The notes under the pieces: generated by a model
What the model saw: the letters and a program-made list of their open reading frames with translations, nothing else
The model's database searches: none
What the model was told of the DNA's origin: nothing
IMG/VR virus record: IMGVR_UViG_3300018494_000099
Direction: 5' to 3' (one strand)
Source: an uncultured virus (IMG/VR IMGVR_UViG_3300018494_000099)
Taxonomy: Duplodnaviria; Heunggongvirae; Uroviricota; Caudoviricetes
DNA length: 62,129 nucleotides
In this document: positions 10,379-19,322 of the stretch, piece after piece
How the letters are laid out: each line of letters starts with the position of its first letter
Position numbering within the stretch: the stretch's first letter is position 1
Program-made: the position numbers and the translations under genes

Positions 10379-11096
10379 TTATCTCTTCACCGCACTTAGG
10401 GCAAGTTACATAAAGAATATTTTCTAAGCCGATGAGAGTATTTAACTTATCGATATTATTCAATAATTTTTGTAAGTCAAGGGCTGGTAAATTAGTAATA
10501 AAGTTTTCAAGCTCATGCTCAGGCTTCTTTTCGCCGTCCACATAGTCAATTGCGCAAAGAAGCTTTACAAGAGTCTCAAAGTCAATTGTGGCCATCTTGT
10601 ACTTACGCTTCATTTCCTTAACTTTAACTTCCATCTCTTCAGTCATTCTAGGAGTGTTAAACTTTAGAGTAACAGTTCGGTTACTTTTAGGAAGTACAAA
10701 AGTTCTGTATTTATTAATTTCTTCTTCATCAAAAGGTTTGAGCTCAATATCGCCAAGCTTTGCAGTTGTTTCTACAATTTCACCACACTCAGGGCACTTA
10801 AGAGTTACCTTGTAATCTTCACCATAAGTCACAATTCTTAATTTATGAAGTAAAAATTCATAATCACCCAAGCACATGTCATAAACATGAATAGCGGGCT
10901 TTTCAATAAAGCAATCCTCAATGATGTCTGCGAGTGTCTTCAAGGGCGTGCTAGAAGGAGAGAGTCTTTTCATTTCATCTCTTGCCGTCATGCTTCGGAG
11001 TTCAACGTGCGGGTCTACTTTTGTTTCGTAAATTTTGCCACCAGAGGGCAGCTCATAGCCCTCCATAATAGTGTAGTTAGTGTTTCTTTCTGCCAT
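10329..11096 (-). CDS. Baseplate hub assembly / tail assembly chaperone (T4 gp26-like)
   Basis: YELPSGG..Y, LRSMTARDE, GDYEFLLHKLRIVTYG, and two CxxC motifs (CPECG, CPKCG). Confidence 0.75.
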   Translation of the reverse strand: MAERNTNYTIMEGYELPSGGKIYETKVDPHVELRSMTARDEMKRLSPSSTPLKTLADIIEDCFIEKPAIHVYDMCLGDYEFLLHKLRIVTYGEDYKVTLKCPECGEIVETTAKLGDIELKPFDEEEINKYRTFVLPKSNRTVTLKFNTPRMTEEMEVKVKEMKRKYKMATIDFETLVKLLCAIDYVDGEKKPEHELENFITNLPALDLQKLLNNIDKLNTLIGLENILYVTCPKCGEEITSFFRFGPEFFRPTNI

Positions 11097-11122
11097 GATA
11101 AATTTTACCTTTCTTTTATTTT

Positions 11123-11287
11123 TTAGATATCACGATTTTCAAAATACTTCTCAAGAATTTCACGAATTAGCGCAGATGTAGTTATATTCTTCCTTTGCGC
11201 GACTTCTTTTAGCCGTAGTATAAGCGGCCGTGAAGATTCAAAAGTTTGTATTACTTTATCGCTTCTATCTACTTTTTTTCGTCCCAT
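11123..11287 (-). CDS. Small ribbon-helix-helix (CopG/Arc-like) DNA-binding protein, 54 aa (not in ORF track)
   Basis: MGRKKVDRSDKVIQTFESSRPLILRLKEVAQRKNITTSALIREILEKYFENRDI; AAAGGA RBS and promoter motif upstream. Confidence 0.7.
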   Translation of the reverse strand: MGRKKVDRSDKVIQTFESSRPLILRLKEVAQRKNITTSALIREILEKYFENRDI

Positions 11288-11332
11288 AAACAGTTGTCCT
11301 TTCAGTTATTATTTTGTCCTGGAACAATCATA

Positions 11333-11341
11333 TAATTTAGC
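11333..11341 (-). promoter_or_regulatory. Late-promoter-like motif GCTAAATTA
   Basis: Recurrent intergenic motif. Confidence 0.7.
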
Positions 11342-11376
11342 AAATGTATAAATAGATTTATTAAATTTATTTAGAG

Positions 11377-11416
11377 AAAAAAGAAAGATGCCAATTTAGT
11401 TTAGCATCTTTCTTTT
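11377..11416 (-). terminator. Terminator after tail tube gene
   Basis: aaaaaagaaagatgc / gcatctttctttt inverted repeat. Confidence 0.7.
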
Positions 11417-11433
11417 TAAAGTTTTAATTATTC

Positions 11434-12015
11434 TTATTCTGCTTCATTCATAATAGCACGGTCGTACTCAATAGTTGCAGTAATTGCACGCTTACCATCA
11501 TTTTCCTTATCAAAAGCATCTTCAGATAAGCCCTTAATCCAGCATCCGTAAAGTGTCCAAGATCTAACCTGTTCATAATCCTGAGTGTACTCGACGAGTG
11601 TGCAGTTGCGCTTATAATCAGCCATACGTCCACCCTTACGAGTATGAACGTTGTAAGCAAGTCCCTGCCAAGCCATGAGAATTGCCTTAGTGTCAATACC
11701 AACAACGTCATCAACTTTTACAGAGCCAGAGTTAAATGTAGGAACACCTGCAAACTTAACTACTTCATTACCTCTCTTGTACTGAAGTGTTTCAAGTTCG
11801 AAGTGAGGAACATCGGCAGTAAGCACATTAAGCTTAAGAGCTTCCTGAGCTTTTGCAATCTTATCCGAAGCAGGAGCAGCAGAGTGGTCTCCGGTATAAG
11901 TTGCCTTTATAATATTATCGAGGTCATCAACAATCAGCGAGAAGAAACCAGTTCTGGCAGCTTCGTAATTCGCAAGATTTGTACTAATGTGTTGAGCATC
12001 TAAACTGTTTGCCAT
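11434..12015 (-). CDS. Tail tube protein (T4 gp19-like)
   Basis: VKFAGVPTF, YKRNCTLVEY, WTLYGCW, ITATIEYD; immediately follows the sheath gene. Confidence 0.85.
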   Translation of the reverse strand: MANSLDAQHISTNLANYEAARTGFFSLIVDDLDNIIKATYTGDHSAAPASDKIAKAQEALKLNVLTADVPHFELETLQYKRGNEVVKFAGVPTFNSGSVKVDDVVGIDTKAILMAWQGLAYNVHTRKGGRMADYKRNCTLVEYTQDYEQVRSWTLYGCWIKGLSEDAFDKENDGKRAITATIEYDRAIMNEAE

Positions 12016-12037
12016 AATATATTAATCTCCTTTCAAA

Positions 12038-13666
12038 TTACTCAGTAACTGTTACAGCGGTATCGCCAAGAGAGTCTTCAAGAGAAATCTCAAGAACGAA
12101 GTCTTCAACAGCTTCAATCGGAACAATTCTTACCTTAGCTCTAAGCGTAGCTTTCTTATCAGTATATACCTTTTCAATCTTATAGTCTCTTACGCCCTGG
12201 TCAGCCTTCATTCTATCGAGTGTAGGAGTGATAGAGTTCTTGAAGTTAATCCAAAGTACATCGCTATTAGGATCAAAAGTAAATCTGCGGCAAGATACAT
12301 AAAGCTGCTTCTTAATAGTTGTGCAGAGGTGTCTAATGTTTAAGAAGTGCTGTGCAGTAAGGTCACCCTTAGAGGTACCAAATTCTCCAAGAAGACTACA
12401 AGTTCTGTTGCCCCAGAGGTAGTAGCTGCCACGGAAGTTAGCAATTACGTTAACTGCAAAAGGCATTTTGTAATCATAAGGAGCAGGTCTCTTATATCTA
12501 GGCTCAAGTGCCTGAATAGCAACTTCACCAAGTTTAACAGAAGTACGATCAACAGTGTAGCTAGATACGCCACGAGTATAACCAGCAGCAGCATACCACT
12601 CAGCAAAGTTAGAATCAATCATTCTCTTATAGCAAGCAAGGTAGTGGAACGCACCAGGGAATTTCATGTTGCTATCAAAGTCTGTGTCGGGGGTCATCTT
12701 GTAAACAACGCTAGGAACTGTACATGTGCAGTAAGGACCATTGTCTGCAGTAATATAGCTCATCTTCTCTGCAGCAGCTAAGATTTTAGCTTCAGGACGG
12801 CCTTTTGCGTCATTAACATAGCTAGACTCGTTAATTTCTACTAATGCTACACAGTCGCCACGACCGGTACCAGGAACAGCTTCATAGTCCTCAGTCTGCT
12901 TAGCATAAGTAGCAAGACCAACAATTGCTTCATTAGCCGCTTCAAAGTCACTTTCAGAGAAGCAGTCTGCGTGTGCATAGTCGTATGCAGTAATTGCAGC
13001 GTTAAGAGCAGCCTCTGCTGCCTCCTTTGCCTTAGCTGCATTAGCTATTGCTTTATCCGCTGCCTTTGCTTCAGCTGAATCTGCATTATAACCTTCTTCT
13101 GCCTCAAGCTCTGCTTTAGCCGCTACGGCGTCGTTATAAGCCTTTTCTGCATCGGTATAATCTTTTGTTGCTTTTTCTTTATTCTCAGTGGCAGTCTTAA
13201 GGTCATGAGTATCATGAGAAGCTAACAAGCCGTGAGTAACAAATCTAAAGTCATAACTTGCTTTATCCTTAAAAATCTCCCAAGTATCTGTATCAGCAAT
13301 TCTTTCTAAAGCTTCTACAATTTCTTTGTCTGTGCTAGGTACCTTACCAAGAGATAGATAAATTACGCTAGGATAACCTTGCTTAAGTAGCTCATAAGCC
13401 ATCTGGTTACCATAGTGTGCAGGGATGTGCTCATTTTCACTTAAAAATGGAGACACTTTACCAATTGTGTCTTCAAAGTCATTTTTAGAGTAGAACTCAA
13501 AAACACCGTTTTCATCAGGGAGGGTATAACCAGCATCTACGCCGCCAGCAATGATGTCTTCATTTGTTCTTGCTGAGAAACCACAAATAAGAACAGTGTT
13601 ATTAGAGTACTCACCGGGAGTGCCGGCAGTAGTTCTATCAATTTCATTAATAAGTATTTTTGGCAT
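12038..13666 (-). CDS. Tail sheath protein (T4 gp18-like)
   Basis: RGDCVALV, WYAAAGYTRG, WGNRT, LNIRHL, FTFDPN, VRIVPIEAVEDF sheath C-terminal motifs. Confidence 0.9.
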   Translation of the reverse strand: MPKILINEIDRTTAGTPGEYSNNTVLICGFSARTNEDIIAGGVDAGYTLPDENGVFEFYSKNDFEDTIGKVSPFLSENEHIPAHYGNQMAYELLKQGYPSVIYLSLGKVPSTDKEIVEALERIADTDTWEIFKDKASYDFRFVTHGLLASHDTHDLKTATENKEKATKDYTDAEKAYNDAVAAKAELEAEEGYNADSAEAKAADKAIANAAKAKEAAEAALNAAITAYDYAHADCFSESDFEAANEAIVGLATYAKQTEDYEAVPGTGRGDCVALVEINESSYVNDAKGRPEAKILAAAEKMSYITADNGPYCTCTVPSVVYKMTPDTDFDSNMKFPGAFHYLACYKRMIDSNFAEWYAAAGYTRGVSSYTVDRTSVKLGEVAIQALEPRYKRPAPYDYKMPFAVNVIANFRGSYYLWGNRTCSLLGEFGTSKGDLTAQHFLNIRHLCTTIKKQLYVSCRRFTFDPNSDVLWINFKNSITPTLDRMKADQGVRDYKIEKVYTDKKATLRAKVRIVPIEAVEDFVLEISLEDSLGDTAVTVTE

Positions 13667-13734
13667 ACTAAATGAATCTCCTTATTTATTTTAATAATTT
13701 TTATACATTAAATTTGTGAGTCACTAAACTCAAT

Positions 13735-13743
13735 TAATTTAGC
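13735..13743 (-). promoter_or_regulatory. Late-promoter-like motif GCTAAATTA upstream of sheath
   Basis: Recurrent intergenic motif. Confidence 0.7.
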
Positions 13744-13752
13744 AAATAATTT

Positions 13753-14400
13753 TTAGCAAATAAATTGTTCTTTCGTGTCAAGCTCAGGGTCTTCTATTTT
13801 CTCACTAAAGTTGTATTCAACACCAATAAAGCGCCAATTCTTTTTATATGGTATACTAAATAGAAAACCATCTTGAAGCTCTAGCTGAATTGTCCAACGA
13901 TAAAACTGCCCAGGGAAAAGGTGATTTGGAATATCGCTTGTATCAGAAACACTATTTAAAACTCTTAAATTTGCTGTGTGTTTAACTAAGTAGTTATTAT
14001 AAGGAATTTCTACAATAATTTGTGGGTTATTTATTAGCTTAAATAAAAACTGCCGTACATATTCATCTGCATCAAGTTGTCTTTTTGTATAGATATCTAA
14101 TTGATAAAGTGTTTTTACTGGAATGACATTCATATGAACCGTCGCAGCATTTGTAGTATCATTTTGAATTACTAAGCCATCAAAAGATTTACTTTGTTTA
14201 ATTGGATTAGCTATTTCGAGCTCTTTATTTCTAGATATTGTTAATAGAGGCAGTTGTAGCGGCTTATCACCAGAGTCTTCAGCGTGTAGCTCAATAGCTC
14301 TCTTTGTTTCATCCGGGTTGAGTACTCTTAGCGTAGAGCTATCAGCTAGCCAACCCTTTATTTTAGCAGTAACTGCATCATCATAATAACTTATTGCCAT
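13753..14400 (-). CDS. Tail completion / terminator protein (gp15-like)
   Basis: LPLLTISR...PVKTLYQLDIYT pattern; position upstream of sheath. Confidence 0.55.
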   Translation of the reverse strand: MAISYYDDAVTAKIKGWLADSSTLRVLNPDETKRAIELHAEDSGDKPLQLPLLTISRNKELEIANPIKQSKSFDGLVIQNDTTNAATVHMNVIPVKTLYQLDIYTKRQLDADEYVRQFLFKLINNPQIIVEIPYNNYLVKHTANLRVLNSVSDTSDIPNHLFPGQFYRWTIQLELQDGFLFSIPYKKNWRFIGVEYNFSEKIEDPELDTKEQFIC

Positions 14401-14416
14401 AGCAAATACTCCTTTC

Positions 14417-14743
14417 TTAGGTACTCAGCGCGGTTTTTAATATTTGACTGCCAGAAATATTATCTATTCCATAAGTAATTATTCTAGCAAGCTGGTCATA
14501 CTTTTCATCTTTAAAAAAGAAGATAATTTCATTTTCTTCCCCGGCGCTAAAATACAAATTAGCCAGTAATAAAAAACAAGCGTTTTTTAAGGTAAGCTTA
14601 TAGTTTTCTACTAGATAATTATTTAAAATTACTTCAGTGCCTCGCATAGGATATAGAGAAATAAGTGATCGAGCTCTAACTAACGTTTTTAGTTTTATAA
14701 TACTTATAGGTTTTTTACTATCTGTTTTTATCGAAAAAAACAT
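14417..14743 (-). CDS. Hypothetical protein
   Basis: 108 aa ORF coupled to upstream gene. Confidence 0.55.
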   Translation of the reverse strand: MFFSIKTDSKKPISIIKLKTLVRARSLISLYPMRGTEVILNNYLVENYKLTLKNACFLLLANLYFSAGEENEIIFFFKDEKYDQLARIITYGIDNISGSQILKTALST

Positions 14744-16197
14744 TATTTCTTGTTCTCCGTCGGCTCGTTTATACGGTGTACTAAGTTTTGTATTATTAAA
14801 CTGAGAGCTTCAGCATTTAAGGTGTAATCTAAAAGTATCTTTCTACTTGTCTCAATACTTTTATTAGTGTATGTATGATTACGCTTATCAAGCCAGCCAT
14901 CAAACATTTGAGCTTCTTCTGCGTACTTAGTAGAGCCAGCATAATCATTCTGAGCTAGGATAAGCTTTATCATATCTAGTACGACATCTTGTTTTTCGGC
15001 TTCGTCTACTATATCATTAACAGTTTTTAAATTTACCTTTTTCTTAGTCTTCTCAGCTTCGACTTTAAATATGTGTCGATAGAGTTCTCGTATCTCAAGT
15101 AAAGACCTCAGTTTAGCATTATCGTCACCAGGCTGTTTAGGTTTTTGCATATCTAGTAGCTTTTCTACCTGAGCACTATAATTCGATTTTTGTTCTGCTT
15201 GTTCAGGTTGAATACTTTGCTGAATGAATATTTTAGCTATGAGATAGGCATCCTCTACGTATTCACTATTCTTTTTGGCTTTAAGAACTTGATCTTGAAG
15301 CGATAAATATTCTATTATATCTAATCCATTATTAGCATAAAGATCGCTGCAGAATAAGATATTTGTCTCATCAAATTTTTTACCGAGCATATTACCCGTA
15401 ATATATTTATTTATAAAAGAATTATGGACAGCACCGTAAGTATTTATAGTAAGTCTATTAAATATATCTGGTTTATACTCAATTAAGAGTTTTAAAAACT
15501 GTGCAAGTGGGTTTACTTCGGGGTTATATCCGAGGGCATTAAATTCAGGAATTAGAATTTTATCTAAGTTCTTTAACTTAGCTACTATACCTTTTGTGTC
15601 TTTTTCGGGTGATTCTACACCAGCATATTCCACACTATAATAATCATCATAGAATTTATCGAGTATCGTAGACGGAGCGCCCTCGCTACTTTTAAGTCTT
15701 TGAGCTTTTTCAGCAGTCCAGTCCATACCTTGATAAAGCTCTATATCATCATTATCTGGCTCTTCCGGCTTATTAGCTTCTTCCGGTTTAGTTGGTTCTT
15801 CTTCCGGGTCTTCGGGTAGCTTGCTGCTATCTTCTAGTTTACTTAAGCTTGCTAAGACGTCTACGGTAGTTTGCTGAATTAGCTGAGCTAATTCGCTTTC
15901 AGGATTGTACCGGCCTTCTTGGTCCATTAAGTTTTTCAGCGCGTCCAATAAGCTACCGAGTGTGTTATGTCGGCTAATAAGTTTTTTTCCAATTAAACTT
16001 CTGTCAGATAATTTAAGGGTGCTTAAGTCAATCTTTTTTATTTTTTCCTGCTGTCTAGGGTTAGCCCAGTCAGCCAGTGACTTATAATAATTATACTTAG
16101 GATGGTTTATATCAATTTGTTTATTTTTATTAATTAATATTTTTAAAACACTTTGACTATCAATAGCCTCAGTGAGAAATGTTATTGGAATATTCAT
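14743..16197 (-). CDS. Hypothetical, possibly head-internal protein (N-terminal FLTEA site)
   Basis: 484 aa; begins MNIPITFLTEA; Pro/Glu-rich linker. Confidence 0.5.
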   Translation of the reverse strand: MNIPITFLTEAIDSQSVLKILINKNKQIDINHPKYNYYKSLADWANPRQQEKIKKIDLSTLKLSDRSLIGKKLISRHNTLGSLLDALKNLMDQEGRYNPESELAQLIQQTTVDVLASLSKLEDSSKLPEDPEEEPTKPEEANKPEEPDNDDIELYQGMDWTAEKAQRLKSSEGAPSTILDKFYDDYYSVEYAGVESPEKDTKGIVAKLKNLDKILIPEFNALGYNPEVNPLAQFLKLLIEYKPDIFNRLTINTYGAVHNSFINKYITGNMLGKKFDETNILFCSDLYANNGLDIIEYLSLQDQVLKAKKNSEYVEDAYLIAKIFIQQSIQPEQAEQKSNYSAQVEKLLDMQKPKQPGDDNAKLRSLLEIRELYRHIFKVEAEKTKKKVNLKTVNDIVDEAEKQDVVLDMIKLILAQNDYAGSTKYAEEAQMFDGWLDKRNHTYTNKSIETSRKILLDYTLNAEALSLIIQNLVHRINEPTENKK

Positions 16198-16202
16198 AAA
16201 TT

Positions 16203-16718
16203 CTAATCATCCTCTTCTCGGTCAATTAGTAAAGGCATATCTTCTTTTTCATGCGCAGTCATAGTTAAATGCTGTTCATCTATTGACTCATACTCAAGAG
16301 CAATTTCACATGCAACAGAAGCAGGATAAATCATAATATTCTGTAGGCTAATTACACGGAATGTTCTTGGCTTAGCCTTATCTAGTCCGCTCGGAACGTC
16401 GAAAAGAGCGCCAATTTGAAGCCCTGGTAAATCATAAGGCACATGAATAATAGAAGAGCCTTCTTGGAGCTCTGCAACCCAGCCCATCTTCTTAAGCGAT
16501 TTCTGGTCAGGGTGCTCTTGAAAGATACAGCCAACCGTAATTCCAGGCTTATATCCACTAATTAGATCGCCTCTATTGTCATAGTCTTTATTTTTTAAAG
16601 GTTCTTTATAAATGACGTTAATACCGTGTAACCGGGTCATTTCTTTAAACCAAGCACGATATAATTTTATGTCATTTCCACGGATGAGAAAGCCATAGTC
16701 ATTTCTAGCGTCTGACAT
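16203..16718 (-). CDS. Head closure / neck protein (gp14-like)
   Basis: Position among neck genes; GINVIY...LKKMGW...GALF pattern. Confidence 0.5.
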   Translation of the reverse strand: MSDARNDYGFLIRGNDIKLYRAWFKEMTRLHGINVIYKEPLKNKDYDNRGDLISGYKPGITVGCIFQEHPDQKSLKKMGWVAELQEGSSIIHVPYDLPGLQIGALFDVPSGLDKAKPRTFRVISLQNIMIYPASVACEIALEYESIDEQHLTMTAHEKEDMPLLIDREEDD

Positions 16719-16745
16719 TCCTAGAGCTCCTTTCTAAAAAGTACC

Positions 16746-16771
16746 TTAAGGAGAGCCTAAACTCTCCTTAA
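16746..16771 (-). terminator. Hairpin / terminator
   Basis: ttaaggagag / ctctccttaa perfect inverted repeat. Confidence 0.55.
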
Positions 16772-16784
16772 GTTTTAAGTTAAA

Positions 16785-18413
16785 CTAGTTTTTAGCGGTT
16801 TTAAAAGATTCAGTAATAAAGGTTTTATTTTCAGTATAACCAGTAATAAAGAACTGCTTATCATTGCCAAGCTTTTCATTTAAACCACGTAAAGTAACTT
16901 TATCTGCCGCAATTAAAGCCTCATTAAAAGTATATGTGGTTTTTCTTGTATTACCAGAAGTAAAATGAATTACGCCTTCTACCATAAGCTTCTTATCTTC
17001 ATAAGTGCAATCCTTGAGTCTGAAGCCGGCAACGTTGCCATAAAGTTCTACTAAAGAACTGGAAATAAGATTCTCGAGAGCGCTTTCTTGAAGCTCTTCG
17101 ACATCATTAAAAACTTCATCTAAGTCTTCCTCTGATTTGACGAACCCGTGGTGCTCTTTGCAATGTGGGCACACGCCATCGTATTCGCTATCGTCGAGCT
17201 CCACTTCATAACCGCAATCCATACAGAAATAAGTAGACACCGATTCCTTAATAGGTGCTTCTTCCGAATTATCTTTTTCTGCACTAAGCATTGCTCTAAC
17301 AGCTACATCAGAAATAGGCTTCTTAAATTCAGAAGAGTTCATAAGCTGCTCAAACTCGGCATCCGAAATATCGTTATCGGACTCTTCGTGGAGTGCCTCT
17401 GTTAAGCTCTCAACTACCTCTTCCGCTGCTTCCTCGTCTTCAGGTTCCGTTTCAATTTCAATATCTTCAACTTCATTAGTGGGCTCTTCGACAGTAGCTT
17501 CATCATTTTTAACAGCCTCAGGAAGTGCATTTTCAAGGTCTACTTTGAATGCATTAATATTTCTTTGAATAGCTGTTTTAATTTGCTCATTATCAGCTTT
17601 TTCTAGCGCCGCTTCTTCTTGAGCAATTGCAGCTCTAAGATAATCAATGTACTCGCTGTGTGCATCAAGCTTTGCGTCAAGCTCTTTATCATCAGCAAGT
17701 TCTTCTACAAGTGTGTCGCCGACATGAGAAACAAAAGCTTCTTCTTTCTTCTCTTCCTCTTCTCCAGTAGGCTCTTCCTCAAGGTCAAGGTCGAGCTCTT
17801 CTAGCTCGTCATCAAAGTTAAGTTCATCCATAGGAACTTCTTCCTCTGCGCCTTCTTCGGCGTCAAGATTTAGGTCAAGCTCGCCTTCTTCTGCAACAGG
17901 TTCTTCAGTAACTTCAGGCGCAGCCTCACCAACCTTACCAATTAGACTGTAACCGCTCTCGTTTCCGCAATGTTGACAAACTTCATTCACGTTTACAGTT
18001 GTAGGGTCTTCTTCAGAAGCTACGACATCTTCAGGATTCTTATAGAAGAGTGTCATACATTGGGGGCACTGAATAATGTGCTTACCAACATAAGAAGTTA
18101 GAAGATCTTCAGCAGATTCTGCGTCAAGGTCAACGATTTTCTCAATACGATCAAGTTTTGCTTGAGCTATTTCAGCTTCACGAACTTCTTTAGCATCTTC
18201 CAAACCTTCATTGCTACTAATGTCATAGTACTCTTCCATAAGAGCATCAAACTTAGACTTGCGTGAGAAAATCTCTGTAAGTGCAGGCTTATTCGCTTTA
18301 ACTTTGCCCGTCTTAGGTATTTCGATTTCATCGAGAGCCTTAAAAGCAGACTCTAGATCAAACTTTGTAATAGATTCTTTCATTTTTATGTTAAATCTCC
18401 TTTTAAATTTCAT
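16785..18413 (-). CDS. Acidic prohead-core-like protein with two Zn-ribbons
   Basis: CPQC..CQHC and CMDC..CPHC; very acidic; several L/I-x-E sites (LTEA, LHEE, IKES, LQES). Confidence 0.5.
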   Translation of the reverse strand: MKFKRRFNIKMKESITKFDLESAFKALDEIEIPKTGKVKANKPALTEIFSRKSKFDALMEEYYDISSNEGLEDAKEVREAEIAQAKLDRIEKIVDLDAESAEDLLTSYVGKHIIQCPQCMTLFYKNPEDVVASEEDPTTVNVNEVCQHCGNESGYSLIGKVGEAAPEVTEEPVAEEGELDLNLDAEEGAEEEVPMDELNFDDELEELDLDLEEEPTGEEEEKKEEAFVSHVGDTLVEELADDKELDAKLDAHSEYIDYLRAAIAQEEAALEKADNEQIKTAIQRNINAFKVDLENALPEAVKNDEATVEEPTNEVEDIEIETEPEDEEAAEEVVESLTEALHEESDNDISDAEFEQLMNSSEFKKPISDVAVRAMLSAEKDNSEEAPIKESVSTYFCMDCGYEVELDDSEYDGVCPHCKEHHGFVKSEEDLDEVFNDVEELQESALENLISSSLVELYGNVAGFRLKDCTYEDKKLMVEGVIHFTSGNTRKTTYTFNEALIAADKVTLRGLNEKLGNDKQFFITGYTENKTFITESFKTAKN

Positions 18414-19135
18414 TAATCATGAAGAATAATTAAATTACTATTGACTCTAAGTATTTCACGAAGTTCTTTTAATTCGGTGTTACCCTCTTCCAAAATTTTA
18501 TCACCATCTTGAGTCCAGAGCGCATTACTTTGCGTAAAGCGTGTACGGATTCTTCCTAAAACAACTTTTGTCATGGCGACACATAGTCTTATTAAGATAT
18601 CAATCCAGTAATCACTTTTAATATCTTCAACAGATTTTAGCTTCGGAATGTACTCAATAGTAATCATTCTCGGTGTGGAGTTTCCACAACTAATGTATAA
18701 CTTATTATCGTGTCTGTCTTCTCTAAAAGAAAGATCAGTAGATATAGTATTTTTTATTTGATACATGGTCATCCAAGAAGCGTAATTCATAACGTAGTCT
18801 TGAAGATTGTACATCGTGCCTCCGTTGCTAAAAATAGCAAACTGGGCCATTTGAACTGGATCGTTCATAACTGAAAGCCCATCGGACGAATCTCCAAAAC
18901 CTTCTGTTCGATATATATTAACGATAGAGCTAACTTCTTCTTTAAAAAACTCACCATCAAGGCTTATACAGCTTGCGAAAGGCGCTGTAATTAATGTTGA
19001 CTCATCCCAGTATCTAGTAAGCTCTCTAAGAGCTTTTTTAATAACAGAAACAATAGTCTCATCTGCTATTTCCATATCTAACACGTAACCAGTAAGCTCG
19101 AGGCGGACCTCATCAATTACTTCATCTAATTTCAA
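18413..19135 (-). CDS. Neck / head-tail adaptor protein (gp13-like)
   Basis: WIDILIRLCVAMTKVVLGRIRTRF...DGDKILEEGNTELKELREIL pattern; follows the capsid gene. Confidence 0.7.
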   Translation of the reverse strand: MKLDEVIDEVRLELTGYVLDMEIADETIVSVIKKALRELTRYWDESTLITAPFASCISLDGEFFKEEVSSIVNIYRTEGFGDSSDGLSVMNDPVQMAQFAIFSNGGTMYNLQDYVMNYASWMTMYQIKNTISTDLSFREDRHDNKLYISCGNSTPRMITIEYIPKLKSVEDIKSDYWIDILIRLCVAMTKVVLGRIRTRFTQSNALWTQDGDKILEEGNTELKELREILRVNSNLIILHD

Positions 19136-19164
19136 GGTTATTCCTCCTTGTCTTTATTACTAAA

Positions 19165-19173
19165 TAATTTAGC
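19165..19173 (-). promoter_or_regulatory. Late-promoter-like motif GCTAAATTA
   Basis: Recurrent intergenic motif. Confidence 0.7.
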
Positions 19174-19271
19174 AAATAAAAAAGAGACTATCCTAAAATA
19201 GAATAATCCCTTTGTAAATGTATTATTTTAAATTTTTACTTCTATCTTAAAAATTGTATTTACAACTAAGA

Positions 19272-19303
19272 AAAATAAAGGTCCCAGAAGGGACCTTTAT
19301 TTT
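19272..19303 (-). terminator. Terminator after major capsid gene
   Basis: aaaataaaggtccc-agaa-gggacctttatttt perfect hairpin. Confidence 0.85.
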
Positions 19304-19322
19304 AAACCTAAGTGATTATTAA

